A stretch of DNA of 64,000 nucleotides from contig JAYZQJ010000191.1 in assembly GCA_036149055.1 (NCBI GenBank), positions 1 through 64,000 of the forward strand. Reading direction: 5' to 3'. This document shows, one piece after another, positions 29,792 to 39,094 of the stretch. Position 1 is the first letter of the stretch. Each line of letters opens with the position of its first letter. A program made the position numbers and the translations under genes. This DNA is from Myxococcota bacterium. Its GTDB lineage: Bacteria; Myxococcota_A; Polyangia; Polyangiales; Sandaracinaceae. The notes beneath the pieces were generated by a model. The model saw nothing but the letters and a program-made list of their open reading frames with translations. It did not search any database and was not told the DNA's origin.

Positions 29792-31392
29792 TCGAGACGT
29801 TCGACTACGTCGTGGTCGGCGGGGGCTCCGCCGGCTGCATCGTCGCGGCCGAGCTGAGCGAGGATCCGCGCGTCCGGGTGCTGCTCCTCGAGCGCGGGGA
29901 CGACGCGCAGGAGCACCCCGAGACGCTCCGCGCCGACGGCTACAAGGACGCGTTCGCGAACGACGCGCTCGTGCTCGAGCGCTTCAGCGTGCACGCCGAT
30001 CGCTGGGGTGACCGCCGGCTCTTCATGGGCTCGGGGCACGGCCTCGGCGGCAGCGGCAACATTAACGGCATGGTCTACACCCGCGGCGCAAAGGTCGACT
30101 ACGACGCCTTCCCCGAGGGCTGGCGCTGGGCCGACGTGGTGCCCGACTTCGAGCGCATCGAGGCGCAGCTCCGCCCGCGCCCCCGCGCGGCGACGGCCTT
30201 CACCGAGGTCTGCCTCGACGCGGCCGAGGAGGCGGGCTTCGCGCGCTCGAAGGACCTGAACGACGGCGACCTCGGCGGGGTGCTCGGCTACGAGCACATG
30301 AACTACGAGGGTGACGACCGGCGCAGCAGCTACGTCGCCTTCCTCCTGCCCGCGCTCGACCGCGGCAACCTCGTGGTCCGCACCAACGCGAAGGTCGAGC
30401 GCCTCACCGTCGACGAGCGGGGCGTCACCGGCGTGCGCTACGCCTGGGACGGCGGCGACCACGAGGCGCGGGCGGTCCGCGAGGTGGCGATGTGCGCCGG
30501 CGCCCTCGAGACGCCGCGCCTGCTGATGCTCTCGGGCATCGGGCCGAGCGGCGCGCTCCGGCACGTGGGCCTGCCCGCGGTGCACGAGGTGCCCGGGGTG
30601 GGCGAGAACCTCCACGACCACCCGAACGTGAGCCTCTTCTTCCGCGGTCAGCGCGAGGTCGACTGCAACTACCCGCAGCTCTACGGCTTCCACCGCGCGA
30701 ACGAGGCGACCGACCTGCCCGAGGGCGCGAGCGACACCTGCTACGTCTTCTACCCGGCCCGCAGCTCGCTCAAGGAAGCGATGATGCGCATGCTGCCGAC
30801 GCTGGTGCTGCCGGAGCCGCTCTACGATCTGCCCGCGATGCCCAAGCTGGTGCGCGGCGGCGTGCGCCTCGCCTTCGGGCCGCGCGCGATGCGAGAGGCG
30901 GTCAAGCGCGTCTACGGCATCGTCGTCATCCTCGGCAAGCCCAAGAGCCGCGGCCGGCTCCGGCTCACCGCCTCGAGCCCGAGCGCCCCGGCGGCGATCG
31001 ACCCGGGCTACTTCGCCGACCCCGAGGACATGGAGACGATGATCCGCGGCGTCGAGCGCGCCCGCCGCATCGCCCGCGCGCAGCCGCTCCGGTCGTGGGG
31101 CAACACGGAGCTCTTCCCCGGCCTGCTCGGGCGCTCGCGCGACGCGATCGAGGGCTGGATCCGGCAGAACGTGATGACCACGTATCACTACGCCGGCACC
31201 TGCGCGATGGGCGACAACGGCGCGAGCGTGTGCGATCCGCGCCTCCGGGTGCGGGGCGTGCGCGGCCTCCGGATCGCCGACGCCTCGGCCATCCCGTTCA
31301 CGCCGGTCTCGGCCCTCAACGCCCCCTCCATGCTGGTCGGCCACCGCGCCGCCCGCTTCATGCGCGAAGAGTCCCCAAGCGTGGACGCCTGA
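29788..31392 (+). CDS. GMC (choline dehydrogenase-like) oxidoreductase
   Basis: VVGGGSAG, GLGGSGNINGMVY, VGENLHDH, YHYAGTC, RIADAS; ATGA overlap with the ALDH gene. Confidence 0.92.
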   Translation: MIETFDYVVVGGGSAGCIVAAELSEDPRVRVLLLERGDDAQEHPETLRADGYKDAFANDALVLERFSVHADRWGDRRLFMGSGHGLGGSGNINGMVYTRGAKVDYDAFPEGWRWADVVPDFERIEAQLRPRPRAATAFTEVCLDAAEEAGFARSKDLNDGDLGGVLGYEHMNYEGDDRRSSYVAFLLPALDRGNLVVRTNAKVERLTVDERGVTGVRYAWDGGDHEARAVREVAMCAGALETPRLLMLSGIGPSGALRHVGLPAVHEVPGVGENLHDHPNVSLFFRGQREVDCNYPQLYGFHRANEATDLPEGASDTCYVFYPARSSLKEAMMRMLPTLVLPEPLYDLPAMPKLVRGGVRLAFGPRAMREAVKRVYGIVVILGKPKSRGRLRLTASSPSAPAAIDPGYFADPEDMETMIRGVERARRIARAQPLRSWGNTELFPGLLGRSRDAIEGWIRQNVMTTYHYAGTCAMGDNGASVCDPRLRVRGVRGLRIADASAIPFTPVSALNAPSMLVGHRAARFMREESPSVDA

Positions 31393-31410
31393 AACCGCAC
31401 CATCGGGCCT

Positions 31411-33102
31411 ATGCTCCCAGTACGGGGAGAGGCCGTGGGGGTAGAGGACGGAGTCGCGACATCCTGGAGAGAGCCCGCCCTTCGGCGCGCGATCGACTGG
31501 GTGCTCGCGCTCGGCTCGCTCGTCGCGCTGATGACGGCGGGCCTCGTCTGGGCTCAGGACCCGGCGGGGCTGCTCGCGCCTCCGTACCTCGCGATGATGC
31601 TCGCGTTCGGTGGCGTGCTGCTCGCGCGTCTCGGGCGCCTCTCGTTCTCCGCTCGGGCCCGGGTCTTCTCCGCGTCCATCGTGCTGATGGGCGGGCTGGC
31701 GCTGCTCAACTTCGGCCTCGCGCCGGGGCCCTTCGTGGCCCTGGCCCTGGCCTCGGTCACCGCGGGCGCCTTCCTCGGGAGGCTCGCGCTCGGGGTGACG
31801 CTCGCCGGCGGGACCCTCTCGGTGATCGCGGCGGGCTGGCTCGTCACCCGCGGGCACGTCGCGCCGGTCAGCGCCTCGTTCGTCGCGGGCGACATGCAGC
31901 ACTGGGTCCGGGCCGCGGTCGAGTACGCGCTCTTCGGCGGCAGCGTCGCCGCGGTCCTCATGCAGCTCGTCGTGCAGCTCGAGCGGCGCGAGGTCGCCAA
32001 GGCGCGCGCGCAGCGGCTCGAGGCTCTCGGGCGATTGGCCGGCGGGGTCGCCCACGACTTCAACAACGCGCTCCAGGTGATCTTCGTCTGGCGCGAGCTG
32101 CTCGCCGAGCACGACGACGACGAGGTGCGGGAGGCGATGGAGGAGATCCACGCCTCGGCCGAGCAGGCGAGCCGCCTCACCGCGCAGCTCCTCGCCTTCG
32201 GCCGTCGCGACGTGTGGACGCCCCGCGCGCTGACGCTCGCCGAGGAGGTCTCGCGCTGGAGCGGCTCGGTGCGGCGGCTGCTCCCCGAGGACGTCGCGCT
32301 GGAGGTCCGGACCACGGCCTCCCCGACCGTGATGTGCGACCCCGGGCAGCTCGAGCAGATCCTGCTCAACCTCGTGGTCAACGCCCGTGACGCGATGCGG
32401 GGCGGCGGACGCGTCCTCATCGCGCTCGACGAGGTGGACGCCGACGAGGTCCCGGGGCGCGCGCTGCCGGCGGCGCGGATCGCGCGGCTGAGGGTCGAAG
32501 ACGACGGCCCCGGCATGCCCGAGGACGTGCGTCAGCGGGTGTTCGAGCCGTTCTTCACCACCAAGGACGAGCTGGGCACCGGGCTCGGCCTGTCGATCGT
32601 CTACGCGGCGGTGCAGCGCGCGGGCGGCGCGGTGAGCGTCAGCTCCACGCCGGGCGAGGGGACGACCTTCTCGGTGTTCCTCCCGTGCGTCGCCGCGGAG
32701 GTGAGCGAGGAGGCGGAGAGGGCCTCGCGCCCGGCGCCGCACACGCACGAGGGCGTCGTCCTGCTCGCCGAGGACGAGGCCAACATTCGCAGGAGCCTCG
32801 CCGGCTGTCTGCGCGACGCCGGCTACACGGTGCTCGAGGCGGAGGACGGCGACCGCGCGATGGCCCAGGTGGAGTCGCACGACGGGCCGATCGACGTGCT
32901 CTGCACCGACGGCGTGATGCCCGGCGTGTCCACCCACAGCGTCATCCACCGCTACCTGGAGCTGCACCCGGAGGGGCGCGTCCTGATCTGCTCCGGACAC
33001 GTCGACGAGGAGCTGGTCCGGCGGGATCTCGACGGGGATCACCTCGAGCTGCTCCCCAAGCCCTTCGCGCCCAGCGAGCTCTTGAGGCGGCTGCGCGGTT
33101 GA
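31411..33102 (+). CDS. Membrane hybrid sensor histidine kinase with REC domain
   Basis: TM helices; GGVAHDFNN; NLVVNARDA; FEPFFTTK; GTGLGL; REC LLAEDE...KPF. Confidence 0.9.
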   Translation: MLPVRGEAVGVEDGVATSWREPALRRAIDWVLALGSLVALMTAGLVWAQDPAGLLAPPYLAMMLAFGGVLLARLGRLSFSARARVFSASIVLMGGLALLNFGLAPGPFVALALASVTAGAFLGRLALGVTLAGGTLSVIAAGWLVTRGHVAPVSASFVAGDMQHWVRAAVEYALFGGSVAAVLMQLVVQLERREVAKARAQRLEALGRLAGGVAHDFNNALQVIFVWRELLAEHDDDEVREAMEEIHASAEQASRLTAQLLAFGRRDVWTPRALTLAEEVSRWSGSVRRLLPEDVALEVRTTASPTVMCDPGQLEQILLNLVVNARDAMRGGGRVLIALDEVDADEVPGRALPAARIARLRVEDDGPGMPEDVRQRVFEPFFTTKDELGTGLGLSIVYAAVQRAGGAVSVSSTPGEGTTFSVFLPCVAAEVSEEAERASRPAPHTHEGVVLLAEDEANIRRSLAGCLRDAGYTVLEAEDGDRAMAQVESHDGPIDVLCTDGVMPGVSTHSVIHRYLELHPEGRVLICSGHVDEELVRRDLDGDHLELLPKPFAPSELLRRLRG

Positions 33103-33105
33103 TCG

Positions 33106-34548
33106 ATGCTCCGGGCGCCCGTGCGCATCGTCTGCATCGCCCTCCTGCTCGTCGCCTGTGGACCCTCGCGACCTCCGCTGACCCCGGAGACGCGCGCCGC
33201 CTATCACGACCTGCGCGTGTCCCCCGAGCGCTGCCGCGAGCCGGCGACCCCGGTGACCCGCGCCCAGGCGGTGCGCGACCTCGGGGTGCTCGAGCGGGTG
33301 CTGACCCGCGGCTACGCGGGCTACGGCCTCCACCCGCCCGAGCGGGTCGGCCGCGCCATCGCCGAGGCGCGCGCGTCGCTCCCCGACCAGACCCTGCCGC
33401 CGCGCGCCTTCCGGGAGCACGTGTTCCGTCACGTCGCCTTCCTCGACGACAACCACGTCGGGCTCTGGTTCTACGACGACGAGGGCCGTCACTTCCGGGC
33501 CACCAGCGAGCACCGGCAGGCCTACGTCGCCGACGCCCGGCTCACCCGGACCGACGCAGGCTTCGTCGACGCCGAGGGCCGGCGCCTCCTCGGCTGCGGA
33601 GACCACGCGCCCGCCTCGATCCTCCGCCCGGTCGCCGCGCCCCCCGCGATCACCTGGGCGCCGATCCTGCTCTCGCCGCTGCCGATCGAGTCGATCTCGT
33701 GCGCTCTCTCGGGCGACGTCGAGGTGACCTACCCGCTGCGCCGGCTCTCGCTCGGCCGCGGCGGCGGCGCGCCCTACGAGCGCCTCGAGGCCCCGTTCCC
33801 GTGGCTGCGCGTGCGCACGCTGGCCTACAGCCGGCGAGGCGCGCTCGAGGAGTTCGTCGCCAGCGCGACCGAGGTGCGCGACGCCCCGGTCGTCGTGCTC
33901 GATCTCCGCCGGGCGGGCGGCGGCAGCGATCGTTTCCTCGTGCGCTGGTTCCGCGACCTGACCTCGGCGGACCTCTCGTACTGGGCGGTCGAGGACGTGC
34001 GGAGCGAGGTCAACCTCCAGGGCGCGCTCAACTTCTGGGGCTGCGTGCGCTCCTTCAGCGGGGCGGACGCGGGCGGCCGCGAGTGGCTCGACGCGCGGGT
34101 CGGGCGGGCCGAGCGCGAGCTCGACGAGGCGATGCGCCAGCGCGGCCCCTTCCGCGACGTCCTGCCGGATCGCGTGACCCTCGACGGCCGGGCGCCGGGC
34201 CCGTTCGGCGGCCGGCTCATCGTGCTCGTCGACCGCGGCTGCGCGAGCGCCTGCGAGACCAGCGTGATGCTCGCCCGCCAGATCCCCGGCGCGATCGTCG
34301 TCGGCGAGAACACCGAGGGCACGATGAAGGTCGGCGAGCTCCGCTGGTACCGCCTGCCCGAGAGCGGCCTCTGGCTCAGCGCCGGCACCCGCGTCCACCG
34401 CGACCCCAACCCGAACGGCGGCTTCGCCGAGGGCCGCGGCTTCCTCCCCGATCTCTGGCTCGACGGCCGCGACGTCGACGGCACCGTGCGCGCCCTCGCC
34501 GAGTGCCTGACCGGGCCCGAGCCCGAGGCCTGCGTCCCGGCCCGATGA
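33106..34548 (+). CDS. S41-family peptidase-like lipoprotein
   Basis: Lipobox LLVAC; VLDLRRAGGG, LVDRGCASACE, VVGENTEG. Confidence 0.75.
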   Translation: MLRAPVRIVCIALLLVACGPSRPPLTPETRAAYHDLRVSPERCREPATPVTRAQAVRDLGVLERVLTRGYAGYGLHPPERVGRAIAEARASLPDQTLPPRAFREHVFRHVAFLDDNHVGLWFYDDEGRHFRATSEHRQAYVADARLTRTDAGFVDAEGRRLLGCGDHAPASILRPVAAPPAITWAPILLSPLPIESISCALSGDVEVTYPLRRLSLGRGGGAPYERLEAPFPWLRVRTLAYSRRGALEEFVASATEVRDAPVVVLDLRRAGGGSDRFLVRWFRDLTSADLSYWAVEDVRSEVNLQGALNFWGCVRSFSGADAGGREWLDARVGRAERELDEAMRQRGPFRDVLPDRVTLDGRAPGPFGGRLIVLVDRGCASACETSVMLARQIPGAIVVGENTEGTMKVGELRWYRLPESGLWLSAGTRVHRDPNPNGGFAEGRGFLPDLWLDGRDVDGTVRALAECLTGPEPEACVPAR

Positions 34549-34551
34549 GCG

Positions 34552-35517
34552 TCAGCGCCGGGCGTCGACCGCGAGGGTGGCGCCCGGGTCGGGACGCGCG
34601 CGTCCGGAGGCCCAAGGGGACGGGGTCACCATTCGGCGCAGCGCCTCCTCGATGACCGGGTTCCAGCTGATCCAGGAGTGGTTCCCGTCGTACTCGAGGT
34701 GCTCGTGCGGGACCTCGTTCTCCTCGAGGTGCGCGACGAAGCGCCGGGAGGTGTCCGCGATCGGGCCGCGGTCGGCGTCGCCCCAGGCGACCATCAGGCG
34801 CATGCCCTCGAGCGCGTCCGCGTCGCTCCAGCGGAGGAACGGGTCGTCGGCGCGCACCCGCGCGCGGGCCTCCTCGCCGTGGGTCGGGCCGAAGATGCGG
34901 TCCATCGGGATCATCGGTTGGAAGAGCGGGTTGCGCGCGAGGTTGATCATCTGCTCGGTGTCGAGCACCGGGGCGCTGATCATCGTCGCGCTCGCCCAGT
35001 CGTGGTGCAGCGCGAAGCGGATGGTGCCGGAGCCGCCCATCGAGACGCCCATGACGTGACACCAGTCCGGGCAGGGCAGGGTCTCGTAGTCGAAGGCGAC
35101 GCGCGGCACGACCTCCCGCATGACCCAGTCCTCGTAGCCCGCGGACCCGTCGTACCAGTTCGCCCAGAAGCCGAGCTCGCCCTGCGGCATGACCATCACC
35201 ACCCGAGGGATGCGCCCCGCGCGCGTGGCCTCGTCGAGCCGGGCGCTGAGCCCGTGGCGATCGAAGCTCGCCTCGTCGTCGCCCCCGCCGTGCAGGAAGA
35301 CCACCAGCGGCAGCCGCTCGCCCCGCACGTAGCCGGGCGGCGTGTAGACCGCGTAGCGCATCGCGCGGCCGTTCATCGCTCGGCTCGAGAGCTCTCCATA
35401 CGAAAGGCGCCGCTCGAAGCCCTGCCCACCGCAGGCCATCAGGAGCGCGAGCGCCAGCCCGACTCGAATGACGTTCCCCACAGGGGCCAGGTAGATCCAG
35501 GAGCCCCGGGCCGCCAA
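34552..35517 (-). CDS. Putative esterase (alpha/beta hydrolase); exact start uncertain
   Basis: VYTPPGY, FLHGGG, nucleophile motif GVSMGG, GNHSW. Confidence 0.85.
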   Translation of the reverse strand: MAARGSWIYLAPVGNVIRVGLALALLMACGGQGFERRLSYGELSSRAMNGRAMRYAVYTPPGYVRGERLPLVVFLHGGGDDEASFDRHGLSARLDEATRAGRIPRVVMVMPQGELGFWANWYDGSAGYEDWVMREVVPRVAFDYETLPCPDWCHVMGVSMGGSGTIRFALHHDWASATMISAPVLDTEQMINLARNPLFQPMIPMDRIFGPTHGEEARARVRADDPFLRWSDADALEGMRLMVAWGDADRGPIADTSRRFVAHLEENEVPHEHLEYDGNHSWISWNPVIEEALRRMVTPSPWASGRARPDPGATLAVDARR

Positions 35518-35541
35518 TCGGTCGGGGCTCCCGGGGCGCGG

Positions 35542-35829
35542 TCAGAGCCAGCCCTGCTCCTGGCTCGTGATCGCGAACGTGACCTCCACGTCGCGGCCCT
35601 CTTCGTTCCGGAAGCGCACGGCCACCGTCTCGGCGTCCGCGTCGACCTCGACCTCGAGGTCGCCGTCCACCGCCTCGCCGCCGAAGGCCGCCACCGCCGC
35701 GCTCGAGACGTAGGTGTTCGAGCGCAGGGTCACGGGGCCGTCATCGCAGGCCCCCTGCGTGATGCAGCCCGTCGCGCCGATCACGCCGCCGGTCAGCAGC
35801 CCGAGGATCACTCCGGTCCAGCGCCTCAT
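35542..35829 (-). CDS. Small hypothetical lipoprotein
   Basis: Signal peptide ending ATGC; ATGA-coupled to the upstream gene. Confidence 0.6.
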   Translation of the reverse strand: MRRWTGVILGLLTGGVIGATGCITQGACDDGPVTLRSNTYVSSAAVAAFGGEAVDGDLEVEVDADAETVAVRFRNEEGRDVEVTFAITSQEQGWL

Positions 35830-36104
35830 CGCGCCACCTCCTCGATCCAGATGTCGTCGAGCGCATCGTCGGCGTCCGGGTCGAGCGCCGCCTGGCCGTA
35901 GTCGGCCTGCCGCAGCACCGGAGCCGCGGGGGCGACGGCCTCGGGATCCTCCGCCCGCACGTTGCCGTCGTAGATCACCGAGACCACCTCGAGCGAGGCG
36001 TTGACGGAGGGAGGCCTGCAGGAGAGCGCGTCGGCGACGCCGGCGGCACCCATTGGCACGCCGAGCAAGGCTGAAAACACGAACAAAACGAGATGTCTAG
36101 GCAT
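35826..36104 (-). CDS. Small secreted hypothetical protein
   Basis: MPRHLVLFVFSALLG...ADALSC signal peptide; GGAG RBS. Confidence 0.6.
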   Translation of the reverse strand: MPRHLVLFVFSALLGVPMGAAGVADALSCRPPSVNASLEVVSVIYDGNVRAEDPEAVAPAAPVLRQADYGQAALDPDADDALDDIWIEEVAR

Positions 36105-36117
36105 GGTCGTCTCCGCT

Positions 36118-36133
36118 TGCAGAGATCGGGCCA
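36118..36133 (-). promoter_or_regulatory. Putative sigma-54 promoter
   Basis: TGGCCC-GATCT-CTGCA (GG-N10-GC), 14 nt before the ATG at 36104. Confidence 0.45.
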
Positions 36134-36160
36134 TGCCGGGAGGCCGCGTCCGCTCGCTCG

Positions 36161-37798
36161 CTACCGGGCGGTCTCGGCCAGCCGCTGCTTCTCGGCCGCG
36201 CGGATGAAGCCGGCGAAGAAGAGGGCGATGAGCGGGCCGGCGAGGGTGGTCGCGAAGACGATCGTCCAGAGCAGCTCGGTGTTCTTCGGGCCGCTCTCCG
36301 GGCAGTAGGCGCCGATGAGGAAGCCGCTCATGACGCCGACGAGCGGCTTGGCCGCGAACATCGGGAGCTGGGTGAGGCCCATGTAGCTGGCCTCGCGGCC
36401 GGGGGGCGCCATCACCGCGACGTACTCGTAGAGCCGTGGTGACCAGAGCGCCTCGCCGAAGCTCAGGACCACGATGAAGGCGATCGGGCCCGCCACCCGG
36501 TAGTCCACGCCGTCGCCGAGGAGAGGGCCGAGCCACGCCTCCGCCAGGCCTTCGATGGGGTGCTGCACGACCATGCAGAGGACCGACGCGGCGGTGATGA
36601 AGGAGCCGGTCATGATCACCGACCACGCGCTGTAGCGGCTCGTCATCGAGCCGATGATCGGCGTGATGGTCATGATCAGGAGCGGGTTGAGGGACCAGTA
36701 GGCGGCCTGAGGCGTGTCCTCGCCGAACTCGCGGATCATGTAGGTCGGCCAGGTGGAGTGGGCGTGCACGAAGATGGCGCGCACCAGGACGAGCACGCAG
36801 ATGAACAGGAGGTAGGCCCAGAAGGTCTTCTCCTTGAAGAGCCCGACGCCGATCTTGGCCGCCTGGTTCAGCACCGCCCGGGCGCCGGTGCCGCCGCCGG
36901 GGAGCGCCGGCTTGGTCTCGGTGCGGAGCGTGCGCAGGAGGAGCAGCGAGATCACCGCGAGCCCGGCGGCGACCGCGAAGATCATCTCGTAGCCGCTCAG
37001 CCCGAAGGGGGCCGCGGGGAGCGCGCGCCCGGCGGCCTCGGCTTCGGCGGCGGCGCGGATGAGCTCGAGGTCGGCCTCGGTCCAGTGATCGAAGCTCCGG
37101 CCGCCGGTGATCATGCGCCCGAACGCGCGCACCGCGCCGTCGACCTGCTCGACCTCGGGGCCGGCGGGGAACTGGGGCGTGAGCGACTCGGTGAGGGCGG
37201 CGCGCGCCGTCTCGGGGGCCGGGCCGACGCCGCCGTCCATCAGCTCGCCCGGACGGATCACCCGGCCGAGGAGCGAGATGCGCAGCCAGCTCACCACGTG
37301 GTTGGCGATGAAGGCGCCGAGGTTCATGACCACGTAGAAGATCGAGTAGGCGAAGGCGCGGATCTTGGTGGGCGCGTGGGTCTTGATGGCGGCCGTCATG
37401 ACCGGCTTCATCGAGGCCACCGCCCAGGCGCTGATGATCAGCCCGGCGAGCGGGATCGCCGCGACCTCGGAGCCCAGCAGCATCGCGCGGCCGATCACGG
37501 CGGTGAGCGCGGCGATGATGAGGGCCTTCCGCTGGCCCATCGCGTCGGCGACGAAGCCGGCGAGGAAGGTCAGGAGCGAGACCACCGTGCCCCAGGTCCC
37601 GAAGATGAGGCCGCTCACCTCGTCGGAGAACCGGAGGTCGTCGTGGAGGTAGAGGATCAGGACCGCGAGGACCGCGAAGTAGGAGATGCTCTCCAGGAGC
37701 TTCACCGCGTAGATGATCCAGAGGTCGCGGGGCGCGCCGAGCAGCCCGCGGAAGTCCTCGGCCATCCCTCGCATCAGGGGACGCTTCGCTTCGGCCAT
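36161..37798 (-). CDS. MFS transporter (POT/peptide transporter-like)
   Basis: Multiple TM helices; GFVADAMGQRK; AYSIFYVVMNLGA; SFGEALWSPR. Confidence 0.85.
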   Translation of the reverse strand: MAEAKRPLMRGMAEDFRGLLGAPRDLWIIYAVKLLESISYFAVLAVLILYLHDDLRFSDEVSGLIFGTWGTVVSLLTFLAGFVADAMGQRKALIIAALTAVIGRAMLLGSEVAAIPLAGLIISAWAVASMKPVMTAAIKTHAPTKIRAFAYSIFYVVMNLGAFIANHVVSWLRISLLGRVIRPGELMDGGVGPAPETARAALTESLTPQFPAGPEVEQVDGAVRAFGRMITGGRSFDHWTEADLELIRAAAEAEAAGRALPAAPFGLSGYEMIFAVAAGLAVISLLLLRTLRTETKPALPGGGTGARAVLNQAAKIGVGLFKEKTFWAYLLFICVLVLVRAIFVHAHSTWPTYMIREFGEDTPQAAYWSLNPLLIMTITPIIGSMTSRYSAWSVIMTGSFITAASVLCMVVQHPIEGLAEAWLGPLLGDGVDYRVAGPIAFIVVLSFGEALWSPRLYEYVAVMAPPGREASYMGLTQLPMFAAKPLVGVMSGFLIGAYCPESGPKNTELLWTIVFATTLAGPLIALFFAGFIRAAEKQRLAETAR

Positions 37799-37847
37799 GC
37801 GCGCGGGACCATAGTGCGCGCGGGGAGGGCGATCTACCCTCCGCCCG

Positions 37848-38327
37848 ATGACCAAGGCGGAGATCGTGGCCGCGGCGAGGGCGCAGATCCAGCGGGATCT
37901 CGGCCGGATGCGCGGCTGGGCGGAGGAGACCCGGCGAGCGGCGACCCACGAGGAGGCGCGGCCCGAGAACGACAAGGACACCCGGGGCCTCGAGCAGAGC
38001 TACCTCGCGCGCGGCCAGGCCATGCGCGCCGAGGAGCTGGCCGAGGCCGACGAGCGCCTCCGCTTCCTGACGCTGCGGAGCTACCGCCCCGACGACCCCA
38101 TCGGCCTCGCCGCGCTGGTGAAGGTGGAGGTCGACGAGGAGCCTCGCACCTACTTCCTCGCGCCGGTCGGCGGCGGCATCGAGGTCGAGCTCGACGGTGA
38201 GCGCGTGCAGCTCGTCACCCCCGCCTCCCCCCTCGGCCGCGCCCTGGTCGACAAACACGTCGACGACGAGTTCGAGCTCCGCCTCGCCGGCCGCGTCCGC
38301 GAGGTGATCGTCACCGATCTCGAATAG
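37848..38327 (+). CDS. GreA/GreB-family protein
   Basis: ENDKDTRGLEQSYLARGQ; C-terminal VTPASPLGRAL. Confidence 0.8.
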   Translation: MTKAEIVAAARAQIQRDLGRMRGWAEETRRAATHEEARPENDKDTRGLEQSYLARGQAMRAEELAEADERLRFLTLRSYRPDDPIGLAALVKVEVDEEPRTYFLAPVGGGIEVELDGERVQLVTPASPLGRALVDKHVDDEFELRLAGRVREVIVTDLE

Positions 38328-38346
38328 CCGGTCTCCATTCGGGGGC

Positions 38347-39018
38347 TCAGAGGGGGCAGATGATGTCTTCGCTGCGCCAGGCTCCGTCGGTGCAGGTGAG
38401 GCTCGCCTGGGTGCCGATCGAGCAGGTTCCGTAGTCGCAGACGAGGCCTTCGTCGCCGCACGCGGCGCCGGCGTTCGGGGTCTCGCGGGGGCAGCGCTCG
38501 TCGGCGGGGGCGGTCGTGCAGTCCCACATCGGGGTGCCGCCGCAGGGGCCGCCGAAGCAGTTGGTGCAGCCGCAGGCGCTGTCTCCGTACTCGCAGTACG
38601 TGCCCTCCATGCCTTCGCAGCCATCCACCGCGCCGGGCATCTCGGCCGGGCATCCGCTCCGCTCGAGCGGCGCGCAGTCCGGCATCTCCGCCGTCCAGCT
38701 CCCGTCGGTGCACGTCGCGCGGTCCCGGCAGGAGAGGCGCGGGTCGTCCCCGTAGCTGCACACCAGCCCGGGCTCGTCGCACGATCCGCCGCTCGGGAGC
38801 GACGCCGGGCAGGGGCCGCTCGGGCCCGCGTCGGTCACCACCCCGCCGTCGTCGGCGCTCCCGCCGTCCTCCGGCTCGCCCGCGTCCTCGCCGACGGTGC
38901 CCGCGTCTCGCCCGGCGTCCATCTCGGCGACGCCGCCGTCCGTCCCCGCGTCGGCCGGCGGGCTCTCACCGTCGCACCCCAACGTCAGCAGCAGCACCAG
39001 ACACGCCCAAGCTCTCAT
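38347..39018 (-). CDS. Cys-rich lipoprotein with DAG-repeat linker
   Basis: Lipobox LTLGC; three CP...C...C.YG modules. Confidence 0.7.
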   Translation of the reverse strand: MRAWACLVLLLTLGCDGESPPADAGTDGGVAEMDAGRDAGTVGEDAGEPEDGGSADDGGVVTDAGPSGPCPASLPSGGSCDEPGLVCSYGDDPRLSCRDRATCTDGSWTAEMPDCAPLERSGCPAEMPGAVDGCEGMEGTYCEYGDSACGCTNCFGGPCGGTPMWDCTTAPADERCPRETPNAGAACGDEGLVCDYGTCSIGTQASLTCTDGAWRSEDIICPL

Positions 39019-39094
39019 GGGGACAGGGTGCGCAATCCTCCGCTCTCGATGCAAGAGAGGCGCGGCCGTTGTACCGCGGCGCGCGCCGCACTAC

